A stretch of 63,207 bases of DNA, counting the filler. It is 11 parts of 11 records of this genome, joined end to end, with 100 filler letters (N's around TTAATTAATTAA, not from the genome) between each part and the next. Parts side by side here need not be neighbours in the genome. Positions count along the whole stretch, not along the records: positions 38,266 to 42,761 come from SRR20825010_3873; positions 42,862 to 49,091 come from SRR20825010_3878; positions 49,192 to 53,565 come from SRR20825010_3886; 8 more parts are not named here. One strand, 5' to 3'. Numbering within the stretch: the first letter of the stretch is position 1; each line of letters opens with the position of its first letter. Shown piece after piece: positions 40,165 through 49,914 of the stretch. The notes under the pieces are model-generated. The model was not told the origin of the DNA and did not search any database. It worked only from the letters and a program-made list of their open reading frames with translations. Made by a program: the position numbers and the translations under genes.

Positions 40165-41295
40165 ATGCCTCTGGTCAGATATGAACCGCCCGCTCGCCAA
40201 ATCGTAATGTACGGCGACCCAGTTTCTCAGATGCTGCCCAAGGCTCTGAGCGAACTTTGGTCCCGGCAGACAATTCTGGTGACCAATATGACGTCGGCCG
40301 CTGCGGAAAGTTATGTTCAGTCGTTCCAGGAGATCTTGAGCGACGCATACTCTGAGCGGCTGTCGGATCGTGCGGACCGATCAGCGGTGCTGAGCGTTAC
40401 CGGTGCGCTCCGTCACGCCGGAACCGAGGCGATGGTTGCAGCCGGTAGTGGCGCTGCGATCGAGACGGCAAAGGCAGCACGCGTGTGTCTGACCAATAAT
40501 GTTGCCGTGCCAGAGGATTTCGAACGCCTGCGCAAATCGACAACAGCCGCCTCCCCGAGGCCTTACCTTATTGCAATTCCCACCACGCTTTCGGGCGAGG
40601 AATATCTTCCATTTGCCGTGATCGAAGACAAGGAAACAGGCGGGCTTCAACCGGTACAGCACACAGATCTGGCGCCCGATATCGTTCTGTTGGATCCGCA
40701 TGCAACCCTGACCACACCGGAATCGGAATGGCTTGCCTCTGGAATGGCGTCCGTTGTCAACGCGATCGAAACCGGAGGTAACACCTTGGGTGAGAGACCG
40801 CTTGCCAAGGCCGCTGCCTTGCATGGGTTATCCTTGCTGACAAAGGGGCTGCGCCGTTCCCGAACACACCCGTTGGACACCGATGCGCGACTGATGTGTC
40901 AGAAGGGCGCTTGGCTGGCCACGCAAGGATTGGCGCAAGGGGCACTCCCCGGACCATGCCATCGGATCGGGCGCGTCCTGTCATCTGTCACTGGCCTGCC
41001 ACGCGGCCTGGTGTCTGCAGTCATTCTGCCCCATGTTTTGCGCCAGGCTGGCGGAACAGCTGAGAGCCAGGCAGAGCTTGTTGCCGCGATGGAACTGAGC
41101 GACAACCCTCTTGATCAGGTTGTCGCCGAACTGCTTCTGGACCTCGGATTGCCATCCAGCCTCTCGGACTGCGGTGTCGAATCTGAAGCCCTGTCTGACG
41201 CCATTGATTTCTTTTCCGAGCCGGAGAACGCGGGAGATTTCGCGCAGCGCCCCTCTGCCGACTTTGTAAATGCTGTTCTCGATGCCGCTTACTGA
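40165..41295 (+). CDS. Iron-containing alcohol dehydrogenase/maleylacetate reductase family homolog (degenerate active site)
   Basis: 'IAIPTTLSG', 'P...LLDP..T..TP', 'LGLP.SL...GV' fold motifs. Confidence 0.8.
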   Translation: MPLVRYEPPARQIVMYGDPVSQMLPKALSELWSRQTILVTNMTSAAAESYVQSFQEILSDAYSERLSDRADRSAVLSVTGALRHAGTEAMVAAGSGAAIETAKAARVCLTNNVAVPEDFERLRKSTTAASPRPYLIAIPTTLSGEEYLPFAVIEDKETGGLQPVQHTDLAPDIVLLDPHATLTTPESEWLASGMASVVNAIETGGNTLGERPLAKAAALHGLSLLTKGLRRSRTHPLDTDARLMCQKGAWLATQGLAQGALPGPCHRIGRVLSSVTGLPRGLVSAVILPHVLRQAGGTAESQAELVAAMELSDNPLDQVVAELLLDLGLPSSLSDCGVESEALSDAIDFFSEPENAGDFAQRPSADFVNAVLDAAY

Positions 41296-41551
41296 TTGAG
41301 AATCCCCCGCCCGTTGACCACTGTCTGCGCGTTCTCAAGCGAGCGGACGGAGCAAGCACGTTTTTTGTATTCGGCAATTCGGCGTGGGCGAGGCGATCAA
41401 CCTTGCCTGCCAACGTACGCGCGGCTTCTGATGGCCGCAGGAGATGGCAGAAACCGCATAGTGCCGTTCATCGAGACGGGCTGTGCGGGCGACCCGTTTC
41501 AAGGCCGCAGCCAGTGGTCTTCCCCAACACCAGACTGACGAATTCGAGCTG

Positions 41552-41574
41552 AGGCGGGGTATCAGCCCGTCTCG
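41552..41574. terminator. Stem-loop downstream of P450-ADH operon
   Basis: GAGGCGGG-GTATCAG-CCCGTCTC. Confidence 0.4.
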
Positions 41575-41761
41575 CTGATTCTGTGTGGTTGCAAGTAATA
41601 CGTGTGTGCTGCGCTAAAAGTAGACGCGGAGATCTCTGTAACTGATTAATAATAATATGGTTTTCACAACATCCTGATTTTTAATTACATATTGCAATCT
41701 TTTCGAAATGTAACTAAGCTGAATCAGCGAGTGATGTCCATCATGATCATTGGAGGAGGTG

Positions 41762-42541
41762 ATGACAGCGATGTTCGATATTCTGGAGGTAGATCCGTAC
41801 GCCGAAGTCGGCTTAAACGACATGACAGAGGTTATCACCGAAATTGGCTTACCCCAATTTCCACGCAATCTACTTGGGGCGATAAACAAACTGATCGGCG
41901 TTGATTATTGCGTTTGCTACAGGCTTCGTAATTATGAGATCCGCGAGATATCCGCCGCGGGCCTTCTTCCTTCGACGAAGTTTCACGCGATTCAAAAAGA
42001 TATCCACAACGTCAAACGCCAGATGATGACCGCGAGCCACGTCACACGTGTCAGAACATATAGTTCAGACGCGCCCATGGCTGGCAGATCCGAGACGTCG
42101 GCGTCTGAAATTTTGGCGCTGGCGCGCGTGAAGCAGGATGTATTCTGCCTTAAGCTGGTGCGCTCGGATACGACGGCTGCGCTTTCCCAAGGAGACATTG
42201 AAAAGCTTCAACCCTATGCTTCTCTAATCCTTGCTTCGGTGGCCAAACATGCCGAGCTGATGAACCGTAAGGTCAAATTCGCGCCTGCACTCTCAGTGAT
42301 CGAGGATGTCGAGGATTGTCTTTCCGACGCCTCTAGCCTGTCGCCACGTGAAGTAGAGGTCTGCGCCCGAATTCTGAGCGGAATGACATCCAATTGCATC
42401 GCCTCGGATCTTGGCATTGGCAAGGAAAGCGTCATGACATATCGCAAGCGCGCCTATACCCGGCTGGAACTTAGAGGACAGCGCGAGTTGTTGGTCTGGT
42501 ATCTTGAGATCTGGAGCGACTGGACGAAAAATGTGAACTAA
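41762..42541 (+). CDS. LuxR-type HTH transcriptional regulator
   Basis: C-terminal 'LSPREVEVC..IL.G.TS..IA.DLGI...SV.TYRKRAY..L'; GGAGGAGG RBS. Confidence 0.9.
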   Translation: MTAMFDILEVDPYAEVGLNDMTEVITEIGLPQFPRNLLGAINKLIGVDYCVCYRLRNYEIREISAAGLLPSTKFHAIQKDIHNVKRQMMTASHVTRVRTYSSDAPMAGRSETSASEILALARVKQDVFCLKLVRSDTTAALSQGDIEKLQPYASLILASVAKHAELMNRKVKFAPALSVIEDVEDCLSDASSLSPREVEVCARILSGMTSNCIASDLGIGKESVMTYRKRAYTRLELRGQRELLVWYLEIWSDWTKNVN

Positions 42542-42862
42542 CATTCCGTGCGACAGGCTTTTCTGGCAGCGAAAGCGCTTTTGGCTACCGAAGATTTTCT
42601 TCCCTGTAGCCGTATTCGCCGATGATATGTTCCCAATTTGTGCCTTCGCGCACAGTCTCATCCGAATGATCCTGTACAATCGAGAGCATCCGCATAAACT
42701 CCCGCCTTTCATCGGTCGACAAAGGAGACAGTATGGCGTTTTCGGTTGCAAACAACAGGGGNNNNNNNNNNNNNNNNNNNNNNNNNNNNNNNNNNNNNNN
42801 NNNNNTTAATTAATTAANNNNNNNNNNNNNNNNNNNNNNNNNNNNNNNNNNNNNNNNNNNNT

Positions 42863-43072
42863 GACGGCTCCTGCCGCACGCCGATTGCCGGGCTTGCCAG
42901 GATTTCGGAGGGCTGGGTTTCCTTCTACGGCATGATCCTGACGCCCGACGGCTCGGTCTGGCACGACATCCGCGCGGAGGGTCCGGCCGGCGATGCCGCT
43001 CAACTCGGTGCAGACGCGGGCGCTGAGGTGCGCGGCAAGGCGGGCAGCGGCTTTTTCGACAGCTGGGCCTGA
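42863..43072 (+). CDS. hemC: Hydroxymethylbilane synthase, C-terminal fragment
   Basis: Translates [12 protein letters not shown]...FFDSWA*; catalytic Cys motif; precedes hemD. Confidence 0.9.
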   Translation, partial: DGSCRTPIAGLARISEGWVSFYGMILTPDGSVWHDIRAEGPAGDAAQLGADAGAEVRGKAGSGFFDSWA

Positions 43073-43082
43073 GGCCGGGCCG

Positions 43083-43847
43083 ATGCGCGTTCTGGTGACA
43101 CGGCCGGAACCGGGGGGGCAACGCACCGCCGAGCGGCTCGCCGGACTGGGCCATGACCCTGTGCGGATGCCGCTGTTCGAAACCGTCGTCACCGCGACGC
43201 CTGACGATCTGCCGCCTGTCGGGGAGATCGGCGGGCTGATTGCCACAAGCGCCCGCGCCTTCACCATGTTTGGCCGGGGTGGCGTGTCCGAGACCGTGCT
43301 TGCCGGCGTGCCGGTTCATACGGTGGGACCTGCCACGACGCAGGCAGCGCGGGATGCGGGATTTCTCCATGTTGATGACGCCGGAGGAACGGCTGAGGCG
43401 CTTTCCCAGGCCTTGATCCGTCTTCGGCAGCAAGGTGTGACCGGCGGGGAAGCTATCGGGCCGGTGATCCGGAGAGGACCCTTGGTCTATCTGGCCGGGG
43501 TGCCGCGCACGCCGGTCATCGAGACGGCGCTCAAGGCGCATGAACCCGGTTTTCGGGTGATCGATTGCTACAGAATGGCAGAAATAAGTTATTCGACTGA
43601 CATTTTAAAAACGGACTTTTTGTCGCCGCCCCCCGATGCCCTGCTGCTCTATTCGGCCAATGCGGCGCGGCGGTTTTCGGCGCTGGTGGATGCCGCAAAC
43701 CTTGCCGGATGCCTTGATTCCACTCGTTTTCTCTGCCTCTCGCCGGCGATCGCCGGCCAGCTGCGCAAGAGCTGGCAAGACCGATCGATCATTGCCGGGC
43801 GTCCTGATGAGGACAGCCTGCTTGCATCGCTTGCCGGGTTGGGATGA
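43083..43847 (+). CDS. hemD: Uroporphyrinogen-III synthase
   Basis: 'MRVLVTRP', 'ATSARA', 'VGPAT', 'LYS'; ATG at 43083. Confidence 0.9.
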   Translation: MRVLVTRPEPGGQRTAERLAGLGHDPVRMPLFETVVTATPDDLPPVGEIGGLIATSARAFTMFGRGGVSETVLAGVPVHTVGPATTQAARDAGFLHVDDAGGTAEALSQALIRLRQQGVTGGEAIGPVIRRGPLVYLAGVPRTPVIETALKAHEPGFRVIDCYRMAEISYSTDILKTDFLSPPPDALLLYSANAARRFSALVDAANLAGCLDSTRFLCLSPAIAGQLRKSWQDRSIIAGRPDEDSLLASLAGLG

Positions 43848-43937
43848 TTTGCCGGAACAATCGCCACGGTTTGAGCGTATTGCGACCAAAGACTGCGCAG
43901 GATCAGCCGCGCCAAACCAGACCATGCAGGAGATGCC

Positions 43938-45437
43938 ATGAGCAAGGGTCCCACCCCGCGACACTCCAAACCGCCGAAACCTGTCACCATCGACCTCGAC
44001 GCTACCGATGTGACGCCGAAGGCAGAGGCTCCGAAAGCCAAGTCGTCCGCGACAGGGCCGGCTGTCGCCAGGACGCCTGATCCGGTGGAACCGGACAAGA
44101 CCGCGGGCAAGACAACGGAATCCGCCGGAACGGCTGCGGCCAGCAAGAGCGACAGCAGCGCCAAGCCAGCGTCCGACGCGAAGCCCGATACGCCGGCGCA
44201 ACCTGCCAGGCCCTCGGATCCGGCCAAGCCAGCCGATCCGAAGGACAGCAAGGCCGAGACTGCGAAACCAAGGGCGGAAGCCACGGGATCCGCGAATACG
44301 GCTACGGCCAGCGCCAAGCCCGCGGCTGCCCCCACCAAACCGGCAGCCGCCCCCGCCAAGGGCGGCGGCGGTCTCGGCATGGTGATGTCCGGCCTGATCG
44401 GCGCCGTGATCGCGCTTGGCGGAGGCTATGCGCTTCAAGCCGGCGGGGTCTTGCCGGCCCCTGGCGCCGGTGGCGATCCGGTTGCCCCGGTGGCGTCGAG
44501 GGTTGACGCCCTTTCCTCCCAGGTCGAAACGCTGACGCAGCAGATGTCCGCGTCCACCTCGCAGGGCGGCTCCGAGCTGCCGGCCGAGCTTTCCGCCCGT
44601 CTCGACGGTCTTGAAGCCGCTGTTGCCGAAGCAGCAGCAGGTAGCGGCGGCGAAGGCGGCGACCCGGCGGCGCTCGCCGCACTTGAAGACCGGCTTGCCG
44701 GTCTCGAAGGCAAGATCGCCGCGCTTGCGGAGGCAGGCACGGCAGCTGCTCCCGGTCCTGAACTGGCGGCGCAAATGAACGAGCTCAGGGCCGCCCAGAG
44801 CGGGTTTCAGAGCTCGATTGCCGAGCTCCAGTCCGGCGCTGATGCGCTCGCAAGCAGGATCAGCGAGCTGGAACAGGGCCAGCAGGAGCTTTCGGCCCAG
44901 GTCGAAGCGCCATCGCGGCAGATCGACCTGGCGCGGGCCATCGCGGCGGCCGGACTCAAGTCTGCGATCGACCGCGGCGGGCCTTTTATGAGCGAACTCG
45001 AGGCTTTCGCCTCGGTGGCGCCGGACGATCCGGCGGTGGTCGAACTGAGGGATCTCGCCGCACGTGGCGTTCCCAGCCGCGCCGAGCTGGTGGCCGGCTT
45101 TTCCGATGCCGCAAGCAAGGCGATTGCCGCGGCCGATCCGGGTGATCCGGAGGCCGGGCTGGTGGATCGGCTGATGTCGAGCGCGATGTCGGTGGTCAAG
45201 GTGCGCAAGGTCGGCGACGTTGCGGGCGACAGTGCCGAGGCGATCGTTGCCCGCGCCGAAACCCGGCTGCTCAACGGCGATCTCGAGGCGGCACTTGCCG
45301 AATGGACCACGCTGCCCGAAGCCTCCCGCGCGGCCACGGCGGAATATGGCGAAGCGCTGGCGGCGCGCGCCCGTTCCGAAAAGCTGATCGCCGCGGCCAT
45401 GGCGCCCTCGGCGGCTGCCGCAGCCCCGGCCAACTAG
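43938..45437 (+). CDS. COG4223/mitofilin (Mic60-like) inner-membrane protein
   Basis: 'PVTIDL' N-motif, Ala/Pro/Lys linker, one TM, coiled coil, C-terminal 'GDLEAAL.EW..LP'; between hemD and hemY. Confidence 0.88.
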   Translation: MSKGPTPRHSKPPKPVTIDLDATDVTPKAEAPKAKSSATGPAVARTPDPVEPDKTAGKTTESAGTAAASKSDSSAKPASDAKPDTPAQPARPSDPAKPADPKDSKAETAKPRAEATGSANTATASAKPAAAPTKPAAAPAKGGGGLGMVMSGLIGAVIALGGGYALQAGGVLPAPGAGGDPVAPVASRVDALSSQVETLTQQMSASTSQGGSELPAELSARLDGLEAAVAEAAAGSGGEGGDPAALAALEDRLAGLEGKIAALAEAGTAAAPGPELAAQMNELRAAQSGFQSSIAELQSGADALASRISELEQGQQELSAQVEAPSRQIDLARAIAAAGLKSAIDRGGPFMSELEAFASVAPDDPAVVELRDLAARGVPSRAELVAGFSDAASKAIAAADPGDPEAGLVDRLMSSAMSVVKVRKVGDVAGDSAEAIVARAETRLLNGDLEAALAEWTTLPEASRAATAEYGEALAARARSEKLIAAAMAPSAAAAAPAN

Positions 45438-45447
45438 GAGATCCAGG

Positions 45448-47304
45448 ATGATCCGCTTGCTATTCTATGTTGTCCTGGTTTCGGCCCTCGGCTTCGGCTT
45501 TGCCTGGCTTGCCGACCGGCCCGGCGACCTGTCCATCGTCTGGCAGGACCGCCAGATCGAAATGTCGCTGATGACGGCTGTCACCATGGTCGTTTCGCTG
45601 GTCGCGGCCATCATGATCACGTGGTGGCTGATCCGCACCATCCTCCATTCGCCGCGCACCGTTGCCCGCTATTTCCGGGCCAGCAAGCGCGACCGCGGCT
45701 ACCAGGCGCTGTCGACCGGGCTGCTGGCGGCAGGCGCGGGCGATGCGGCGACGGCGCGGAAGATGAACAAGCGCACCAAGGGGCTGCTGAAAGCGGACCA
45801 GGAGCCGCTGATTCACCTGCTCGACGTCCAGGCGGCGCTGATCGAGGGCCATCACGAGGAAGCCCGCAAGCTGTTCGAGGCAATGGCCGAGGATCCGGAA
45901 ACCAGGCTTCTCGGTCTGAGGGGGCTTTATCTCGAGGCCCAGCGCCAGGGCGCGGACGAGGCGGCACAGCATTATGCCGAAACCGCCGCCGAACAGGCGC
46001 CGCACCTGCCATGGGCGGGTGCGGCCGCGCTGTCCTACCGGACCCGGGAAGGCAAATGGGACGAGGCGCTGCAGCTGCTTGAACGGCAGCGCCAGGCCGG
46101 CACCATCGAGGCGAAGGCAGCCGACCGGACCAGGGCGGTGCTGCTGACCGCGCGGGCGCGCGACCATGTCGACAGCGATCCGTCCTCGGCCCGCGACGAT
46201 GCGCTCAACGCGCTGAAACTGGCGCCGGCGTTCCCGCCAGCCGCGGTGATTGCGACAAAGGCGCTTCTGCGCCAGGACAATCTGCGCAAGGCCGCCAGGA
46301 TCCTGGAAACCGCCTGGAAGGCAAATCCGCATCCCGAAATCGCCGAAGCCTATGTGCGGGCGCGGGTGGGCGACACCTCCGCCGACAGGCTCAAGCGGGC
46401 CGAACGGCTCGAAAAGCTCAAGCCGCTCAACCCGCAGTCCTTTGACGTGGTGGCGCGCGCGGCGCTCGAGGCCCGCCGGTTCGAGCTTGCCCGGGAAAAG
46501 GCCGAGGCTTCGGCGCGGCTGCAGCCCAGCGAAGGCATCTATCTGCTGCTCGCCGACATCGAGGAAGCGGAAACCGGCGACCAGGGCCGTGTCCGCCACT
46601 GGCTGAGCCAGGCGGTTCGCGCGCCGCGTGATCCGGCCTGGACCGCGGATGGCTATGTTTCGGAGACCTGGGAGCCGGTGTCGCCGGTGACCGGCAAGCT
46701 CGACGCCTTCGAATGGAAGGTTCCGGTCGAGCAGCTGGCGGGCCCGAGCCTCGACAACCAGCCTCCCGCGCAGGCCTTTGACCGGGCGATGGCCAGCCTG
46801 CCGCCGATCCGCGAGACTGCGGCTTCGGCACCGGAACAGGCTTCAACCTTCGAAACGGCGACCCCGATCACCGATCCGCTGGTCGAAGCCGCGGCGTCGA
46901 CGGAACATGCAAGCGAAGCCCCCCGACCCGCTGGCGCGAGCAAGCCTGCAGCCGTGATCGATGCGGAGGTGGTGCCGGGCACGGCGCCTGTGGCCGCAAG
47001 GACCAACGGATCCGGAACGGCGAGCGCGGGCGACTCCGGACCCGCGGGCAAGGGTGACCCAACCATGGCGGCAACCGTAGCGCAGGGCAAACCGGATGCC
47101 GCCAGGGAAGCGACCGCCCTCGAGGCGGCGGCGGAAGACGCTGCCGCAAAGCCGGACACGAAGCCCGAAACGGAGCAGGCAGAGGCTGATCCCGAAGCGG
47201 AAGCCCGCGCGAAGGAGGAGAACTTCCTGACCCATCGGCCGGACGATCCGGGGATCGATGTCAACGCCGAGCCGGAAAAGCCCGGACGTTTCCGGCTGTT
47301 CTGA
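45448..47304 (+). CDS. hemY: HemY-like TPR membrane protein
   Basis: 'WLADRPG', 'RGYQALSTG', TPRs, 'PVSPVTGKLDAFEW', low-complexity tail ending 'PDDPG'. Confidence 0.88.
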   Translation: MIRLLFYVVLVSALGFGFAWLADRPGDLSIVWQDRQIEMSLMTAVTMVVSLVAAIMITWWLIRTILHSPRTVARYFRASKRDRGYQALSTGLLAAGAGDAATARKMNKRTKGLLKADQEPLIHLLDVQAALIEGHHEEARKLFEAMAEDPETRLLGLRGLYLEAQRQGADEAAQHYAETAAEQAPHLPWAGAAALSYRTREGKWDEALQLLERQRQAGTIEAKAADRTRAVLLTARARDHVDSDPSSARDDALNALKLAPAFPPAAVIATKALLRQDNLRKAARILETAWKANPHPEIAEAYVRARVGDTSADRLKRAERLEKLKPLNPQSFDVVARAALEARRFELAREKAEASARLQPSEGIYLLLADIEEAETGDQGRVRHWLSQAVRAPRDPAWTADGYVSETWEPVSPVTGKLDAFEWKVPVEQLAGPSLDNQPPAQAFDRAMASLPPIRETAASAPEQASTFETATPITDPLVEAAASTEHASEAPRPAGASKPAAVIDAEVVPGTAPVAARTNGSGTASAGDSGPAGKGDPTMAATVAQGKPDAAREATALEAAAEDAAAKPDTKPETEQAEADPEAEARAKEENFLTHRPDDPGIDVNAEPEKPGRFRLF

Positions 47305-47327
47305 ACCGGTCTTGAGAGGGAAAGCTG

Positions 47328-47813
47328 ATGCTTGATCAGATACGCGCCTTTCTGGGCGGCTTACGCGATGGAAACCAGACCAAGGCGGATGCCAGCAATC
47401 CCGATGTCGCAGCCGTGGCGCTGTTCTTCCACGTCATCGGCGCGGACGGGGTGGTCGATGAAGTCGAATCCGAGAAGCTGCGGGAGCTGATTGCCCAGGA
47501 ATACGATCTGACCGGCGCCGAGATGCGGGAGCTGATCGAAGCCGGACAGCAGGCCGATCGCGAAGCAGTCGACCTCTACCAGTTCACCAGCATCCTCAAC
47601 CGCTCGCTGGAGCCGGACGCAAAGGTTCATTTCATCGAACTGTTGTGGAACCTGGCCTATGCCGATGGCCATCGGCATGAACTGGAAGACCACGTGGTCT
47701 GGCGGATTGCCGACCTGATGGGTGTCTCAAGCCGCGATCGGGTGCTGGCCCGCCAGCGGGCGCTTGCGGCCGCGGGGATCGCTGACGGGGAGGACGCGGG
47801 TGACGGCGACTGA
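47328..47813 (+). CDS. TerB family protein
   Basis: 'ADG....E' twice, 'DLYQFT', 'AYADG..HELED..VWRIA'. Confidence 0.88.
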   Translation: MLDQIRAFLGGLRDGNQTKADASNPDVAAVALFFHVIGADGVVDEVESEKLRELIAQEYDLTGAEMRELIEAGQQADREAVDLYQFTSILNRSLEPDAKVHFIELLWNLAYADGHRHELEDHVVWRIADLMGVSSRDRVLARQRALAAAGIADGEDAGDGD

Positions 47814-48549
47814 TTCCAGGCCGGCATCCCACTTCCGCCCCGGGTCAAGGACGGGCCGCATCCTCATCATCCTGCATCAGGAAACGTCGAGCGCGGGCCG
47901 CGTCGGGCAACTGCTTTCGTTCATGGGCTATGCCGCCGACATTCGCCGGCCGGTGCTTGGCGATCCGTTGCCCCAATCACTGGACCAGCATGCCGGCGTG
48001 GTGGTTTTCGGCGGACCGATGAGCGCCAACGACCCTGACGAGGGGATCCGCCGCGAAACCCGGTTCATGGATGTGGTGCTGAAATCCGGCAAGCCCTATC
48101 TCGGCATCTGCCTCGGCGCACAGATCCTGGTCAACCATCTGGGTGGCCGCGTGGCCGGGCGGGACGATGGTGCGGTCGAGATCGGCTGGTACGGGCTTGA
48201 AGCCACTGCGTCGGGAAAACAGATGATGGACTGGCCGCCGATGGTCTACCAGTTTCACCGCGAAGGCTTCGACCTGCCGCGTGGTGCCGAGCTTCTGGCG
48301 ACCGCCGAAGCCTATCCGAACCAGGCCTTCCGTTATGGCGACAATGCCTGGGCGATCCAGTTTCACGCGGAGCTGACGCTGGCGATGATGCACCGATGGG
48401 CCGTGCGAGGCGCCCACCGCTTCGTGCTGCCCGGCGCCCAGCAGGGGCACGCGCATCTGGCGGGGCGGCTGGTTTACGATGCGGCGCTGCTTGCGTGGCT
48501 CAAGCAGTTCCTGGATCGGATTTTTCCGGCTGATCCTGTCCGGCCCTGA
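47800..48549 (+). CDS. Class I glutamine amidotransferase
   Basis: 'FGGPMSAND', 'LGICLGAQ', 'QFHAE'; GTG start at 47800 with GGAGG RBS. Confidence 0.92.
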   Translation: MTATDSRPASHFRPGSRTGRILIILHQETSSAGRVGQLLSFMGYAADIRRPVLGDPLPQSLDQHAGVVVFGGPMSANDPDEGIRRETRFMDVVLKSGKPYLGICLGAQILVNHLGGRVAGRDDGAVEIGWYGLEATASGKQMMDWPPMVYQFHREGFDLPRGAELLATAEAYPNQAFRYGDNAWAIQFHAELTLAMMHRWAVRGAHRFVLPGAQQGHAHLAGRLVYDAALLAWLKQFLDRIFPADPVRP

Positions 48550-49091
48550 GGGCAGCCCGGCTTTCCTCGGCCTCGCGGTCGAGCGACTGGATCTGGCGCA
48601 GTTGCGGGAAACCGAAACTCCAGGCCAGCGCCACGGCCAGCGTTCCGGCGCCACCGATCACCACGGCGGCAACCGGGCCGATCAGCGAGGCCATGACGCC
48701 GGCGCGGAATTCGCCCAGTTCGTTCGAGGCGCCGATGAACACCATGTTGACGGCGCTGACCCGGCCGCGCAGATCGTCCGGGGTCCACAGCTGCACCAGG
48801 CTCTGGCGGACATAGACCGAGATCATGTCGGAGGCGCCCATGACGATCAGCGCGGCCATGGTCAGCGGCAGGGATTTCGACAGGCCGAACACCACAGTCG
48901 CCGCCCCGAACACGCCGACGGCAATGAACATGGCCCGGCCGGCATGCCTGCGGATCGGCCTGGAGGCGAGATAGATCGCCATGCCGATGGCGCCGATGCC
49001 GGGACTTGCCCGCAGGAGGCCGAGCCCCCAGGGCCCGAGGTCAAGCACATCGCGGGCGAAAACCGGCATCAGGGCGATGGCGCCTCCCAGC
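48500..49091 (-). CDS. MFS transporter (5' truncated)
   Basis: 'PVFARDVL.LGP.GLGLLR', 'TPDDLRGRV', 'GASNELGEF'. Confidence 0.9.
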
Positions 49092-49191
49092 NNNNNNNNN
49101 NNNNNNNNNNNNNNNNNNNNNNNNNNNNNNNNNNNTTAATTAATTAANNNNNNNNNNNNNNNNNNNNNNNNNNNNNNNNNNNNNNNNNNNN

Positions 49192-49498
49192 CCATCCAGC
49201 CAGACAGGTACAGGTAACGACCTTTGGTGCTACCGAAGTGCTTCTTGATGGAGATCATTTTCTGCTGACCAACAAAACCGTGCCAGCAACCCAGAGACTG
49301 GGTGTACTTGGACGTGTCAGCGTCATAGGCCGCCATGTCTTCACGCATGATCTTGGCGTTGTACTTGGCGATGTCCAGATGCGTGTTGAAACGGTTTTGC
49401 AGACGCATGCGAACCGCAGATTCCGGGTTGATATCGTTCCAGGTGCTTTGCGCACCAACCACGGAGCCGAGTGCTTCGATGTCTTTGGTGTATGACAT
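49192..49498 (-). CDS. aceA: Isocitrate lyase (3' truncated)
   Basis: 'RMRLQNRF', 'YTQSLGCWHGF', 'YLYLSGWM'; GAGG RBS, ATG at 49498. Confidence 0.93.
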
Positions 49499-49914
49499 GG
49501 TGAACCTCTGAATATGAAATTGGTTTATCGACGCCGGAGAGGGGCAACCCTGCTCATGCATTTCATGCCGGTCTACCGATGCCGCGCATTCTAGTGCCCC
49601 GCGACACATAAACATAATCAATATGATCTATATTCGGTATTCACAGCATGAATGCCACGATATAACCCAACGGATTGAAAACGTGCCTGAGCAGTCACCT
49701 CAGACTAAGGCATTAGATGAAGACCCCCAGTGCCATTGCTCAATGAGACAGCGCCTTGATTTACCGAAACGCCCACGTTTTGCGGCCCGCACACAGTGAC
49801 CGACCCTCCCCTTTACGACTATGATCTTTCCTGCACAGCTGGCATGGAGAGTGCATTACCTGTTAAGGGTAGACAGCCTGTGTCCAGGGAGAAAATTATT
49901 ACCAAGGGGAATAT

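Noticed and set aside
43990-44360. Ala/Pro/Lys low-complexity repeats (also the hemY tail, 46800-47220)
   Set aside because: Normal disordered linkers of the COG4223 and HemY proteins.
48500-48549. 50-nt convergent overlap of GATase and MFS
   Set aside because: Short 3' overlaps of convergent genes are common; no further signal.
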